Both the position numbers and the translations under genes were made by a program. The notes under the pieces are model-generated. The model had not been told where the DNA came from and searched no databases. It worked only from the letters and a program-made list of their open reading frames with translations. A stretch of DNA of 63,811 bases, counting the filler, from Octopus bimaculoides (taxonomy: Eukaryota): NCBI RefSeq assembly GCF_001194135.2. It is 7 parts of 6 records of this genome, joined end to end, with 100 filler letters (N's around TTAATTAATTAA, not from the genome) between each part and the next. Parts side by side here need not be neighbours in the genome. Positions count along the whole stretch, not along the records: positions 33,983 to 55,025 come from NC_068996.1; positions 55,126 to 58,409 come from NC_069004.1; positions 58,510 to 60,692 come from NC_068987.1; positions 60,793 to 62,312 come from NC_068989.1; positions 62,413 to 63,811 come from NC_068996.1; 2 more parts are not named here. One strand, given 5' to 3'. Below are positions 52,487 to 63,811 of the stretch, one piece after another. Positions within the stretch are counted from its first letter, which is position 1; each line of letters starts with the position of its first letter.

Positions 52487-53297
52487 GGATCTTTTTGGTT
52501 TGACGGGCAACACTTGTTTTCTTAATGAAACACTTTCAAATTTGGGATACTGGTAGAATGTGTCATATAAAACATCTTTTTCTCTTAGCCTTCTTAAAAA
52601 AAATTGTACATCGCAAGTTATTTCATGTTAAAGTTGTCGTATTTCTGTAATTTCAACCAATCACTGACGTCTATTCAGCTGAATACAGTTAGTGCTCTTT
52701 TTATAAACAGTAATTTTTACCGGTGTCAAGAGTGTTATTCCCTGTTTAATTATATCATTATTCCCTAGTAAGGGTTTAGGGTTTTAGGGTTAGGGTTGGG
52801 GTTAAGGTTAGGGTTATGGTTATGAGTTTTAGGGTTAGGGTTAGGGTTATGTGTGAGGTTNNNNNNNNNNNNNNNNNNNNNNNNNNNNNNNNNNNNNNNN
52901 NNNNNNNNNNNNNNNNNNNNNNNNNNNCCCTAACTCTAAAACCCGAACCCTGACCCTAAAACCCTAAAGCTAAAACCAGTACAAACGCACGAACGATGTC
53001 ATAAATAAGAGTAACACGGGTAGTTGTTGTTGACAAACAACGGGACTAATTTATTCAAGGGAAAAGATCCTATGACACCGTTACAGCATTAATTGTTTTC
53101 ACCTCAATAGACGTCAGTGATTGGTTGAAATTACCGAAATACGACAACTTTTTACATGAAATAACTTCGAATACAAATTTTTTTATCTGTTCTATAATAC
53201 AAAATATACAAATATTCGAAGTTTGAAAGTGTTTCGGTACCAAAAACACTACATAAAACATTAGTGAAAAATGTTGCCCGTCAAACCAAAAAGATCC
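52487..53297. mobile_element. Non-autonomous DNA transposon (MITE), Merlin- or MULE-like, with internal telomeric-type repeats
   Basis: Perfect 26-bp TIRs GGATCTTTTTGGTTTGACGGGCAACA (52487-52512, 53272-53297), 8-bp TSD AGGCAAAA (52479-52486, 53298-53305), and further internal inverted homology (about 52615-52683 vs 53098-53168). Confidence 0.9.
52765..52975. repeat. Degenerate interstitial (TTAGGG)n left of the gap and (CCCTAA)n right of the gap, inside the MITE
   Basis: gggttagggttggggttaaggttaggg... then an N gap, then ccctaactctaaaacccgaaccctgacccta. Confidence 0.85.
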
Positions 53298-53604
53298 AGG
53301 CAAAATTGTCTTGGTGCCATTTGAACTAAGTGTGCAGAGAGCTGGAACACAAGCCGAATACTGCTTTCTCTGGTACACAACTTCACGCGTGTAGGAACAG
53401 TGTAATGCAGTGTCGATTAAATACGACCTCCGCACATAACTGGTATTTATTTTATCAACAACACAAAAAAGGTGTAAAGTAAATTGGACGCCAACAGGAT
53501 TTCAACCAAGAACGTTGAAGAGTAATTCTTAAAACTCTGAAGCAATCTATTCAGTATTATCGTCATGGCTACTATTTCCTCTTCAAATAATTTTTATTTT
53601 TAAA

Positions 53605-53815
53605 TTTCAAACTTTGGCACAAGGCCAGCAATTTAAGAGGGAGGAGCTTAATCGATTACATTAACCCCAGTACTTGACTGGTACTTAATTTTATCGACCC
53701 GAGAAAGATAAAAGACAAAGTTGACCTCAGCGAGGATTTGAACTCGGAATAAGTCACAAGAGATGACGCTAAACCTATTGTCCAACACTCTGATCCTGCC
53801 AACTCGCTGCCTAAT
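53605..53815 (-). mobile_element. SINE family B copy
   Basis: Same diagnostic motifs. Confidence 0.8.
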
Positions 53816-54310
53816 TAAACGAAGTTTTAATTACTTTTAAATAATCACAGGACCAAATATGGAAGGAGTGAAGTATTTAGATTCACTGTCACCCGCCCTT
53901 GCTCCAGTATAATGGATGGAAGGTTATGTCGCCTTCAGCAGAATCTTAGATACGATGATTGTAGAGAACCAAAACCAATTTCCAGTATATTAAATGTGAT
54001 AACATTCCTAAGTAAATAAATCAAGATCAAATTTGAAATAAAGTTTGTATTTTGTAGGAATCTGAAGAATCTAATGTTTTCAGAACTGGTCCCAACTTCT
54101 GTTTTTCCTCTCTCAGACATGATCAGTCTTTCCCAAAATAATGTCACATTCCTCTCTTCCCATCATATACAAACTTATACAAATATATCCATGAAATTAG
54201 CAGAATAATTTTGACCGATGCTGATTTCATGGAGTCCTTTTATTTTTCTCTTTTAAATAAATAAAAGATCACCTTAATAGGCATCGTTGTTGACATAAAA
54301 AATTCCACCA

Positions 54311-54323
54311 CCATCACTACCAT

Positions 54324-54382
<59 letters not shown>
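54311..54382. repeat. (ACT)n microsatellite
   Basis: Read directly from the sequence. Confidence 0.95.
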
Positions 54383-54383
<1 letters not shown>

Positions 54384-56215
54384 CTTTGGTGCGAACTCTA
54401 AGAAGCAAACGGTAAAGATTCTTCTCAACCAAAATATTCAAAGCAGTTACAATAAATGAATCTGTGAATAAGTTGACTTGGAGGTGTTTAAAAGAAACGT
54501 TGGGCTTGCAGCGCATAGTAAGTTGGTACAGGGACTCGGAAATATCCTAGGATCGGATCTTTTCCGTTTGACTGCCAAGATTTTAAAAAAGCTTATTGAA
54601 ATTTTTAAAATTGAGTACATTAATGTAGTTTTTTCCAAGCTAAATTGCTAGAGATATTTCACTTTTTCCAGAAATTAAAATTTATTTAATGCGATAAGCA
54701 GCACATTACAAATTAAATATTTTTCAAACTAAGAAACTTATAGCACAAACTTAAAAGATATGAATCTACCATAGAACAGTGAGTGTCACAGGGTCATTTA
54801 TTACCTCGCTTTACTAAGGCCCACGTACTCTCCACTTGTTGAGTGTGGGTACCATCTTTCGAGTTATCAAACCCAATGCCGCCAGTATGTCACGATTCCG
54901 ACATGGCACCGCATAAAGAAAAAAAAAACTTGTCTAGTCTCGCGATACACTCCTCTGAGAACCCACTGCTCAGGTGGGACCCTTCGTCTTGAGAAGACTG
55001 CTTCGTGGATCTCAGCAATCTTGCCNNNNNNNNNNNNNNNNNNNNNNNNNNNNNNNNNNNNNNNNNNNNTTAATTAATTAANNNNNNNNNNNNNNNNNNN
55101 NNNNNNNNNNNNNNNNNNNNNNNNNTATATATATATATATATATGTGCGTGTGTGTGTACATATATATACATGTATATATATGCATATATATATACGCAC
55201 ACACAAACGCATATATATACATATCCATATGTATATACATATAAGTACACACATATACACACACACACACATATATATATATGTACTTGTATAGCCTGTA
55301 ACTACATGTAATTCTGTCATTCGCGTGTTGTTGGAACATAGATATATAAAGTAACATCAAGTAAATTTTGTATTTCCATTTACAGAGAATTCAATCAAAA
55401 TAACAATAATTATTATTGAAGTAAAACAGAATTACTGACAAGATAATAATGGTATAACTAACGATCAAAATTAACATCTTTTAACAATTTAAATCAACAT
55501 ATATTCTTGCAAATCTGCAGGAAATTTACTCTTCAGCACATTTGGCTGGATTGTAAACTATGTAAAAACCAGCCGTTTAATTTTTCTCTTTTATGTTCGC
55601 TGGTCTTGCCAGATTGTAAGTTTGGTATCTTTAGTGTTAAACCCAGTTCATCTTTTGGTTGATTTTGCCGTAATTATTAAATTTTGAAATAATATTTTTA
55701 TTGTTTTATTTTATTATTTTTAATATGCATGTTCTCTTTTTGTTTTTATTTATTTGTTCTTTGAGAAATAAAACGCTCTTACTTTGAAACGTTTGTATAA
55801 TTCGCCATTTAAGGTTGTGACTCATAATATCAGATAATGATTTTTTTCTTAATTTTTTTTTTTTTTGATTTATCTCAGTAATTTGTCAACACGACGTAGT
55901 GTTTAATATCAACACCAACATCATTGTCGTCGCAGTAGTCGTCGAAATCATCATCATCATCACAGTTGTAATAGTATATGCAGTTTTTTTTTTTATTCCA
56001 GATTTATTATTTTTTTATAGAACTATTTTTCATGTCTATTTCTTGTAACAAGAAATAATTCCTGAAAAAAACGCTCTCTTTCTCCACCTGTTTCTTATAA
56101 TATTCATCATCACCATCATCATCATTATCAACTTTGTTTTTTATTCAAGTCTTTAAGATTTTGTTATTTATCTACTTCATTTTATTAGTAATTTCTTCTG
56201 GCAAGGAATAACTCC

Positions 56216-57544
56216 TCACAGGACGCTATTTTGTAGAATTTCCTTGTCGCCAGAAGTTTCTTCAATGTCATTTACAATTTGTTTCACATTCGATTTCTCA
56301 CTTTCTATATTTGTCTCTTTCTCTGCTTGAGCAAATGTATTTTCCACTTTGACAATGGTATTCTGTTGCTTCGTGACCTTCATTTCGTAATTTTGGCATT
56401 CGTCTTCGTCAAATTTGGTTAATTCCGTGCATTGGTTGTTTCGAGGACACATACTGTTTTCTGCTGTCAGAGATTTACTGACTTCAAATTTCGATGCGCA
56501 TTTAAAGGCTTTTGAAAAGCTCTTACGGAAATTGTCGCTAAGGAAATTATACAGGAATGGATTCATCATACTGTTTGCTAAAGTTAGGAACGTGAACAGA
56601 TGAAACGCAGTAATTCCCCAGTTTGGTCTCCAGAAAGACACCTTGGCAATTATGATGATTTGTAATGTCCAGTATGGAAGCCAACACATCATGTATACAC
56701 CGATAATGGCCAGTACCATTTTAGTTACCCTGCGGTTAGATTTTTTCTTTTCTTTCTGTTTATTGGCTGGGCCTAATTTACTGAGGCGAATTATGACCAT
56801 AATGTAAAAGAACGATATCAGTACCATTGGAATGGCATATGACAAAAAGAAGCAGTACAAAATAAATGCTTTAGTCCCTTCGGTATGTTTGTCACTTGGC
56901 CATAAAATGGCACACGTGATACCCTTTTTGTTAGATTTCGGCACAGTTTTCGAGTAGAGGAAAGTTGGCATCATGGTCAATACGGACGCTATCCATATAC
57001 ACAGACATAGAATAAAAGCGAGTTTCGGCGTTCGGATCGAGACTGATTGGACGGGATGACACACTGCCATGTATCTGTCAGCACTCATAATGGTCAATGT
57101 AAATATTCCTGTAAAATAATTGATGGAAACCAATATCATATATATCTTGCACATGCCGTATCCAAAAACCCAGGTTTTCAGGATAGTTGTAGTCATCAAA
57201 AATGGCATACTCATTAGGAATAGAACATCAGCAACTGCCAAATTCACAACGTACATATTAGTAACGGTTTTCATTTTGGAGAACATGGTAACCACATAAA
57301 TTACTAAACAGTTACCTGCAATGCCAGCCACGAATACTAAACCGTAGCAGGCAACCATTATTAAGGGAAATATATGGCTGAGAAATTCGTTAGATTGCCT
57401 TTTTCGTTCGGTGTCATTTTGATAAAAATCTATGTCATCTGTAAAATTATCTGTGGAATTGCCAAAGAGTAGGAGCCATGGTGGCAGAGATTTCGAATCC
57501 AATGAATCTTCATTGAAAAGTGTTAAATTCCCTTCGAAATTCAT
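56216..57544 (-). CDS. Class A neuropeptide GPCR, somatostatin/allatostatin-C receptor-like, 442 aa, single coding exon
   Basis: Uninterrupted ORF with seven hydrophobic segments. Motifs: GN in TM1, NLAVAD in TM2, C132/C211 disulfide pair, SADRY (D156-R157-Y158), CWLPYW in TM6, NPFLY followed by FLSDNFRKSF (helix 8 typical of SSTR/AstC-R). N-terminal sequons at N6, N29, N33, N43. An in-frame TAA at 57571-57569 upstream supports this ATG. Confidence 0.95.
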   Translation of the reverse strand: MNFEGNLTLFNEDSLDSKSLPPWLLLFGNSTDNFTDDIDFYQNDTERKRQSNEFLSHIFPLIMVACYGLVFVAGIAGNCLVIYVVTMFSKMKTVTNMYVVNLAVADVLFLMSMPFLMTTTILKTWVFGYGMCKIYMILVSINYFTGIFTLTIMSADRYMAVCHPVQSVSIRTPKLAFILCLCIWIASVLTMMPTFLYSKTVPKSNKKGITCAILWPSDKHTEGTKAFILYCFFLSYAIPMVLISFFYIMVIIRLSKLGPANKQKEKKKSNRRVTKMVLAIIGVYMMCWLPYWTLQIIIIAKVSFWRPNWGITAFHLFTFLTLANSMMNPFLYNFLSDNFRKSFSKAFKCASKFEVSKSLTAENSMCPRNNQCTELTKFDEDECQNYEMKVTKQQNTIVKVENTFAQAEKETNIESEKSNVKQIVNDIEETSGDKEILQNSVL

Positions 57545-57575
57545 CTTTGTAATATTGAAGGAATTATTTTAAATC

Positions 57576-57597
57576 CTGGAAAGATTATGGTAAAATA
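57576..57597 (-). promoter_or_regulatory. Probable 3' splice acceptor 31 nt upstream of the GPCR ATG (5'-UTR intron)
   Basis: Minus strand reads ttttaccataatctttccag|gattt: pyrimidine tract plus CAG|G. Confidence 0.55.
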
Positions 57598-58096
57598 TTC
57601 GTATCACGTAAGGATAGACCAATAACAACAAAAACAACAATAATGACAATAATAATAATAACGATAATAATAATATGTTATATTTCTCTCTCTTTAGGAT
57701 TTTTGTGTGTTCACAGTTTTAGAAAATTTAAAATTTTGCTTTCAAGCAAGTCATGGTGAAAATTAAAGCAGAATGCGACCTTCAGATGTAATAAGATTCC
57801 AGAAAGTTCTTATATCATGAGAGTTACTAATATGTATTTATTGAAGATATGTATATATATGTATATATGGGGTGAGGGAGAGAAAGAGACAAAGAGAGAC
57901 AGAGAGTATCATGTATTGTAATATTTCCCTTTTCTTTGTAACAGTCTGAAATAATCGATATTATATATAAGCCATTCGCCTAATATCAATCCAGGCAGAT
58001 TTTTGCAAAAACCTGATTAATTGTCTGTTGCAAAATAATGATTTTCTAAACCTTGACAGCTGGGTGTCATGTCACTTGTCAGAATTCTGGAATCAG

Positions 58097-58166
58097 TTGG
58101 AGAGTCTGCAGATTTACCTGCAGATTGGAGAGTCTGCAGTTGGAGAGTCTGCAGATTTACCTGCAA
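58097..58166. repeat. Modular minisatellite A-B-A-A-B (A=ttggagagtctgcag, B=atttacctgcag)
   Basis: Read directly from the sequence. Confidence 0.9.
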
Positions 58167-58282
58167 CGATAAAACAGAAATAAATTCCATTAAAATACAA
58201 AACGAACGGAAAATAAAATGCCACACAAAATATTTCAGCATAAATTAATGCCATGTGTTTCATATATATATATATATATATA

Positions 58283-58320
<38 letters not shown>

Positions 58321-58756
58321 CGTGTGCGTGTGTAAAAAATATATATGTATGAATGTGTGTGTATATATATGTATATATATATATGTATATATCTTTATAT
58401 ATATATATANNNNNNNNNNNNNNNNNNNNNNNNNNNNNNNNNNNNNNNNNNNNTTAATTAATTAANNNNNNNNNNNNNNNNNNNNNNNNNNNNNNNNNNN
58501 NNNNNNNNNTTATTATTGTCATTATGTATAGCATTGTAGAATTAATCGCAATCTACTATTTGACTTATTTCGACAGTTAAAAATCTATTCATTTCATTAC
58601 TGTCCCACTGGAGTATAAATCTCTTAATTTGTTGAGAGATTCATTGTCGATATTAAGTATTTATATATTTCATTATATCCTTAATTTCACCCCCCTCTCT
58701 CTCTCTCTTTCTCTCTCTTTGTCTCTCTCACTCTCTCTCTCTCTTCTCTGTCTGTA

Positions 58757-58837
<81 letters not shown>

Positions 58838-59559
58838 CTTTCTCTTTCTCTCATTATGCTTGGATATCTGTCAATCTCTCGTTTAATCTTCCTCCCTTTA
58901 GATCTTTCACTCAGATTTTCTACATCCTCCTCTCACATTTCCTCTTTTTGTCTCCCCATCTCTTCCTCAGGCACAAAATATTAATGAAAATAAAATTAAA
59001 AAGCTTTTAATAAAACGTACAAGTCCATTATTTCATATATCTAACACGTGCTTGATAAATATACTTGCAGTTACATAAGTATGTGTGTGGGGTGGGGGAT
59101 TACGTGCTTAAGCGTGTTTGTATGTGTATGTGTGTGCATGTGTGTGTATGTACATATATATATATATNNNNNNNNNNATAAAGAGTATACCCCTTCGTCA
59201 GTTGTCCCTGTTTCATCTACTCCGCGTGCTCAGTTACAGGATTCGTTAGAATCTAGGTGCTTCAGCAAATAGGACGCTAAGAAAAGCTGAGCCACTGGGC
59301 TTTCAATTTAAAGTTGTCGTTTTTTAACTTTGCCCTTATGTGACTTACAGGCGGCCTTTATAGATACTGTTGTTCTAAAAACTTTCATTTGTCCCACTAT
59401 GTAGCTTGGTGAGCAAGTCAACTTATATTCCTGCTTTACCTTTTTATTTGTTTAAAATCACCTGAATATGGCGGGCTTTTGCCATGATGTCATCTAAAAA
59501 CGCACCAATAAAACGCGGCCGAAACAGCTGTTGTGAATTTTGGACTCCACTTAGATAAG

Positions 59560-60165
59560 TTTCAGCCGGAATTAGTCCAGCCCACGTCTAATCTAATAGC
59601 ACTACCAGGAAAGACGTTGGATGATGTTTCATATCACAGACCTTCTTTGGGTACCATAGCCTATTCGAGTAAAATGTTACTGTTTGCAGAAATATATTCG
59701 GGTGTATGGGGTTTATCTGGAATGTGTGGGAGATATTCGTCAGGGACCCGTTTGAATGCTATGAGATCTTTTTCGTCTCTAATGTGCCTTGGCATGATGT
59801 CAAAGAGAGCAGAACCAATTGAGATGAAATAGTTCTGTCTTAGTGTTGTGATGTAACGCGAACATGGTTTTTGTAGAAAAGCCTTGGGTGAATTTTAAAG
59901 TTAATGTCAATATCATTTGGTCAATGTTATTGAAATAGGTAACACTTCATACAAATGATAAAACACTCACAGCGACGTTGGAGGGAATAAACTTTGATTT
60001 TCTAGAGGCGATCCAAATAATCAAGACATATCAATTCGTCAGTTTTCCTTGTGATCGATCTGTGGGGTGCTTCGATTCTCATACTTCGTTTCATGTGTGG
60101 AGATCACAGTATTCAAGGCGAGGACGGGCGAAGGTGCAGAAGAGACGGATAATGGAAGAAGCTTT
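59560..60165 (-). mobile_element. CR1/L2-group LINE ORF2 C-terminal remnant
   Basis: FCTFARPRLEYC, DYLDRL*KIKVYSLQRR, and GSALFDIMPRHIR...FKR..DEYL.HIPDKPHTPEY...NS across broken frames. Confidence 0.75.
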
Positions 60166-60830
60166 ATGAATATTTATATATGGAAATATCCCCCTACACA
60201 CACACATCGAAAGATATGAAATAAATCATTTCAACGATTTAAAGCTATCCGTTACGATTACGAATTCTCTTAAACTTATGCCTGTAAAGAGTAAATTTTA
60301 GCAGAATATCAAAGTAGCTAAGTAAAGTAATTTATAGATAAATGTCGTGTAGAGTTAGAGAGAGAATGAGATGGCATTCTGTGTTGTGTTATTCCAATTA
60401 CTTAGCTATTTATCCACTCCATGTCAACATAATATGAATAACAAATCAACGAATTTGAATCATAATGAGCATATAACAGCTGCAATATCCGGGATATCCA
60501 GTCAGTTTTATTGTGCATGTCATTATCGCCTATTGGAATTTTACTTCACGGAATGAAAAATCCTAATTTATAAAAATAAATGAGATATTAGTTAATCAAA
60601 TATCACCAATAAAGTAACTTTGAAAATTCCGAAAGTTATATGGCTAATCATGAAACAGGAATACTAAGTTATATATATATATATATATATATNNNNNNNN
60701 NNNNNNNNNNNNNNNNNNNNNNNNNNNNNNNNNNNNTTAATTAATTAANNNNNNNNNNNNNNNNNNNNNNNNNNNNNNNNNNNNNNNNNNNNTCACCGTC
60801 ACCATCATCACCACCACCACCACCACCACC

Positions 60831-60880
<50 letters not shown>

Positions 60881-63335
60881 TTGTGTCTATTTTAAGACAT
60901 AAAGGTGTAATTTGAGCGATATTTCGCTGCTGTTACTAGCAGGTCGAACCGCCAGGTATTTGCTCCTTCATTGGTTTACTCAATGCTGTGTTGTTTAACC
61001 CCAAAATCAGGTCAAAAGGCCTTCGTTGGTGATCTTTCCTCTTGACGTGATGACAAGACATCTTTTGAGACAGATTTAGTTTTTATTCCTTCAGGTTAAG
61101 CGACTACATAGAATCTCTCTCTCCCTCCCTCCTATCGTTCTCTCCTCTTTCTCTCTCTGTCTCATTCTCTCTCTCCGCCTTTCTTGTCGACTTGTTCTCT
61201 GCCTTGTTGTTTGAAATCAGTGGGAGTTCGAAACAATTATGTGATCCGTGTATAAGATTTCCGAGTAATGCAGTGGTTTATAAGAGTATCGCTGATAGTT
61301 AATATACTCCGGTTACCAGAATGATACTATTCTAAAACAGGTTCCAAATGGACACCACCGAAAAGGAAAAGAAAGAAAGGAAGATCGGAAAGTAAATGGC
61401 GTATAACATTGGTAACCGACATGAGAGAAACTAGTATCACATGGTCAGATACAGAGAAAATTGCAGCCAACAGAAACTAGTGGCGTCAGTTTTCTGCCCA
61501 ATATGGTCGAAAGAACAAGAGAAACTAAGGCTGAAAAACTGAACCGAATGATATGTCGTATGAGAGTTATATAGTTATGTATGACAAAGAGCTAAATGCT
61601 CAAAAGGTTGAGCAGAGAAAGAGCAAGAACAGGTGGTAACACAATCACGACACCCTCNNNNNNNNNNNNNNNNNNNNNNNNNNNNNNNNNNNNNNNNNNN
61701 NNNNNNNNNNNNNNNNNNNNNNNNNNNNNNNNNNNNNNNNNNNNNNNNNNNNNNNNNCCATCATCACTACTGAGACTACTACAAGACAATCTGGGGTTGA
61801 AAAACTGAAACGAATGATAACTTACACGGGGGTGGGTGATATGTCGTATAAGTGATACATGTTTAGGCATGACAAGGAGCTAAATGCTCAAAATGTTGAG
61901 CAGAGAAGGAGCGAGAACAGATTTATAGACCTGGTGGTAACACAATAACGACAGCATCCGCACCACCACCACCACACCATCACCACCCCTACCACTACCA
62001 CCACTACCGACACTAGTACTGCCACAAACACAACCAAAAGGACTACTGTGACAACATCACGATCCAAGCATCACAATTAACCACCTTACTTGAATAATCG
62101 CTACAACCACCAAAGCCACACCAACTGGACGCCACTACAACCACGACCACGATCGTTACCGCAAGCACCACAACCATCCTCGCCACCCCGAACACCGCCA
62201 CTGTCACCGTCGTCGCCGCCACCTCCACCACCACCACCACCACCACCACCACCGCATCCAGCCTCCCCACTATTATCTTCCATACTGAATGATAACCGAT
62301 ACAAGCGCCAGCNNNNNNNNNNNNNNNNNNNNNNNNNNNNNNNNNNNNNNNNNNNNTTAATTAATTAANNNNNNNNNNNNNNNNNNNNNNNNNNNNNNNN
62401 NNNNNNNNNNNNTAGCCCTCTTCTCTTCTCACATATTTTATACTCATTTTTGATAAGGTTTTTCAAAAAAAACGAAACATGTAATGTAAATTAATTAAAA
62501 CACCCCAAAAAATATTTTTTAAAAGTGGCATTTTCATTTTTATTTCTCTTTAATAGTGAAACTGGAAGAACCAGCAAGCTGAATGTATAGAGTGATTTTT
62601 TTAATAAAATATGGGTGTTACTATAAATAGCTGTAGCACATTTCCTGTACGCATAAGCCATATTTTTACCCTCTATACTGTTCGGTTTAGCCTTACTATT
62701 ATATCCAACCAATTGGATATATTCTTTCTTTACTATCCTTCAGTGACCAAATTAATTTAGCGAGACTCGTACAATTTTTCTAGTTTCTATATCTGAAAGA
62801 ATTTTCATGGTCAGCCATTCTTGTTTCATAAAACATGAGCTGAAATATTGTACAGGAATACTCTTTGTTTTCTGGTGTAACTTTGCTCCTATAAACCGCA
62901 TTTTGAATCTTACATTCAAAGTTTAACGGATATTGCCTATTCCTTGCGCAGTTATTAGCTCTTCTAATTCTATTATTATTTTCTATTTGGTTTCATTCAT
63001 GGTAATCTCTAATTTATTTCACCTATGTGCCAGATTATTTCGGCTGTTCCCATTGATGACATTCTGGGTACTGCACTTTCTAGCGTTCTTGTCTTCCCTT
63101 CCTAGTCTTGCGTTTGAGTTAGTTACAGTTGATTCCCTTTGGTTAGTGATTCTGCAATAGTTATTTCTCGCGTCCATAACTATGTTACTTTTTGAGAATG
63201 ACACCAGGATGCATATCTATCGGTGTGCTGTCAATGTAGTTATAACGCGCGTAGATCCAGAAGAAAAATACGGTCACTGATAAAGAGAAGGAAAAAATAA
63301 ACAGAGAAGCAGAAACAAAAGTCAAGGTACAAATG

Positions 63336-63368
<33 letters not shown>

Positions 63369-63811
63369 GAAACAAGTCTCAAATATAGAGAAATGAAACT
63401 CAATGGGAACACAGAGAAAGCTTCAACCTCAAAATCATACTGAGACAAGGTAGAGATATATACAGCCATTTTGGTTGTCTTCCACGCTTGTATACATTCA
63501 TACTTACATACACAGACACGACGCATACATATGTCTGTATTCCCGCCCACGCTGTCGCACTTGCCCTTACCTCTCCAACACCACCCTCCTCACCAGCACC
63601 CATCGACTGTATCGGTGCCACCTCACTCTCCCGCGAACATCTTGACTCGTTCCTCTCTTTCGTTCAGTCTTTCCATCCTGCCCTCCACTTCTCCTGTACT
63701 GTCTCTGACACCTCTGTCCCCTTTCTCGACATTTCGGTCAGCATCCTCCACTCCGCCCTTAGCACCTCCATCCACTACAAACACACAGACTCACACTCCT
63801 ATCTCAACTTC

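Noticed and set aside
52765-52975. True telomere or chromosome-fusion site
   Set aside because: Repeats are short and degenerate and are enclosed by TIRs with a TSD.
58097-58166. CRISPR-like repeat array
   Set aside because: No unique spacers, eukaryotic context and no cas genes.
62043-62368. Poly-Pro, poly-Gly and poly-Val ORFs
   Set aside because: Translations of a (CCA)n repeat ending in an artificial linker.

Overview
AT-rich, gap-ridden eukaryotic genomic DNA. It is very probably from an octopod cephalopod; this is inferred from the dense tRNA-derived SINE families, (TA)/(TG)/(GA)/(TTA) microsatellites and the gene content, not from a database search. There is one clear protein-coding gene, an intronless-CDS class A GPCR of the somatostatin/allatostatin-C receptor family (56216-57544, minus), and one probable orphan first coding exon (44496-44698, minus). 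The rest is mostly mobile-element debris: three main SINE families, a full-length but dead DD34D mariner nested in a SINE, DD37D (maT) and second mariner remnants, RTE-, CR1/L2-, R4/Dong- and Penelope-like fragments, and a GG-ended MITE with an 8-bp TSD and inward-facing TTAGGG arrays. The most unusual observations are: (1) all three strands of a hammerhead ribozyme in a non-circularly-permuted order at a Penelope-like 3' end, with a second partial copy; (2) loss of the canonical ligand-pocket residues in the receptor; (3) an AG|GT recursive-splice-like site upstream of the receptor; (4) two perfect fold-back palindromes; (5) a telomerase-like insertion inside a local duplication. Six TTAATTAATTAA linkers inside 100-bp gaps are artificial joins, so long-range adjacency is uncertain. 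All alignments and counts were done by eye.
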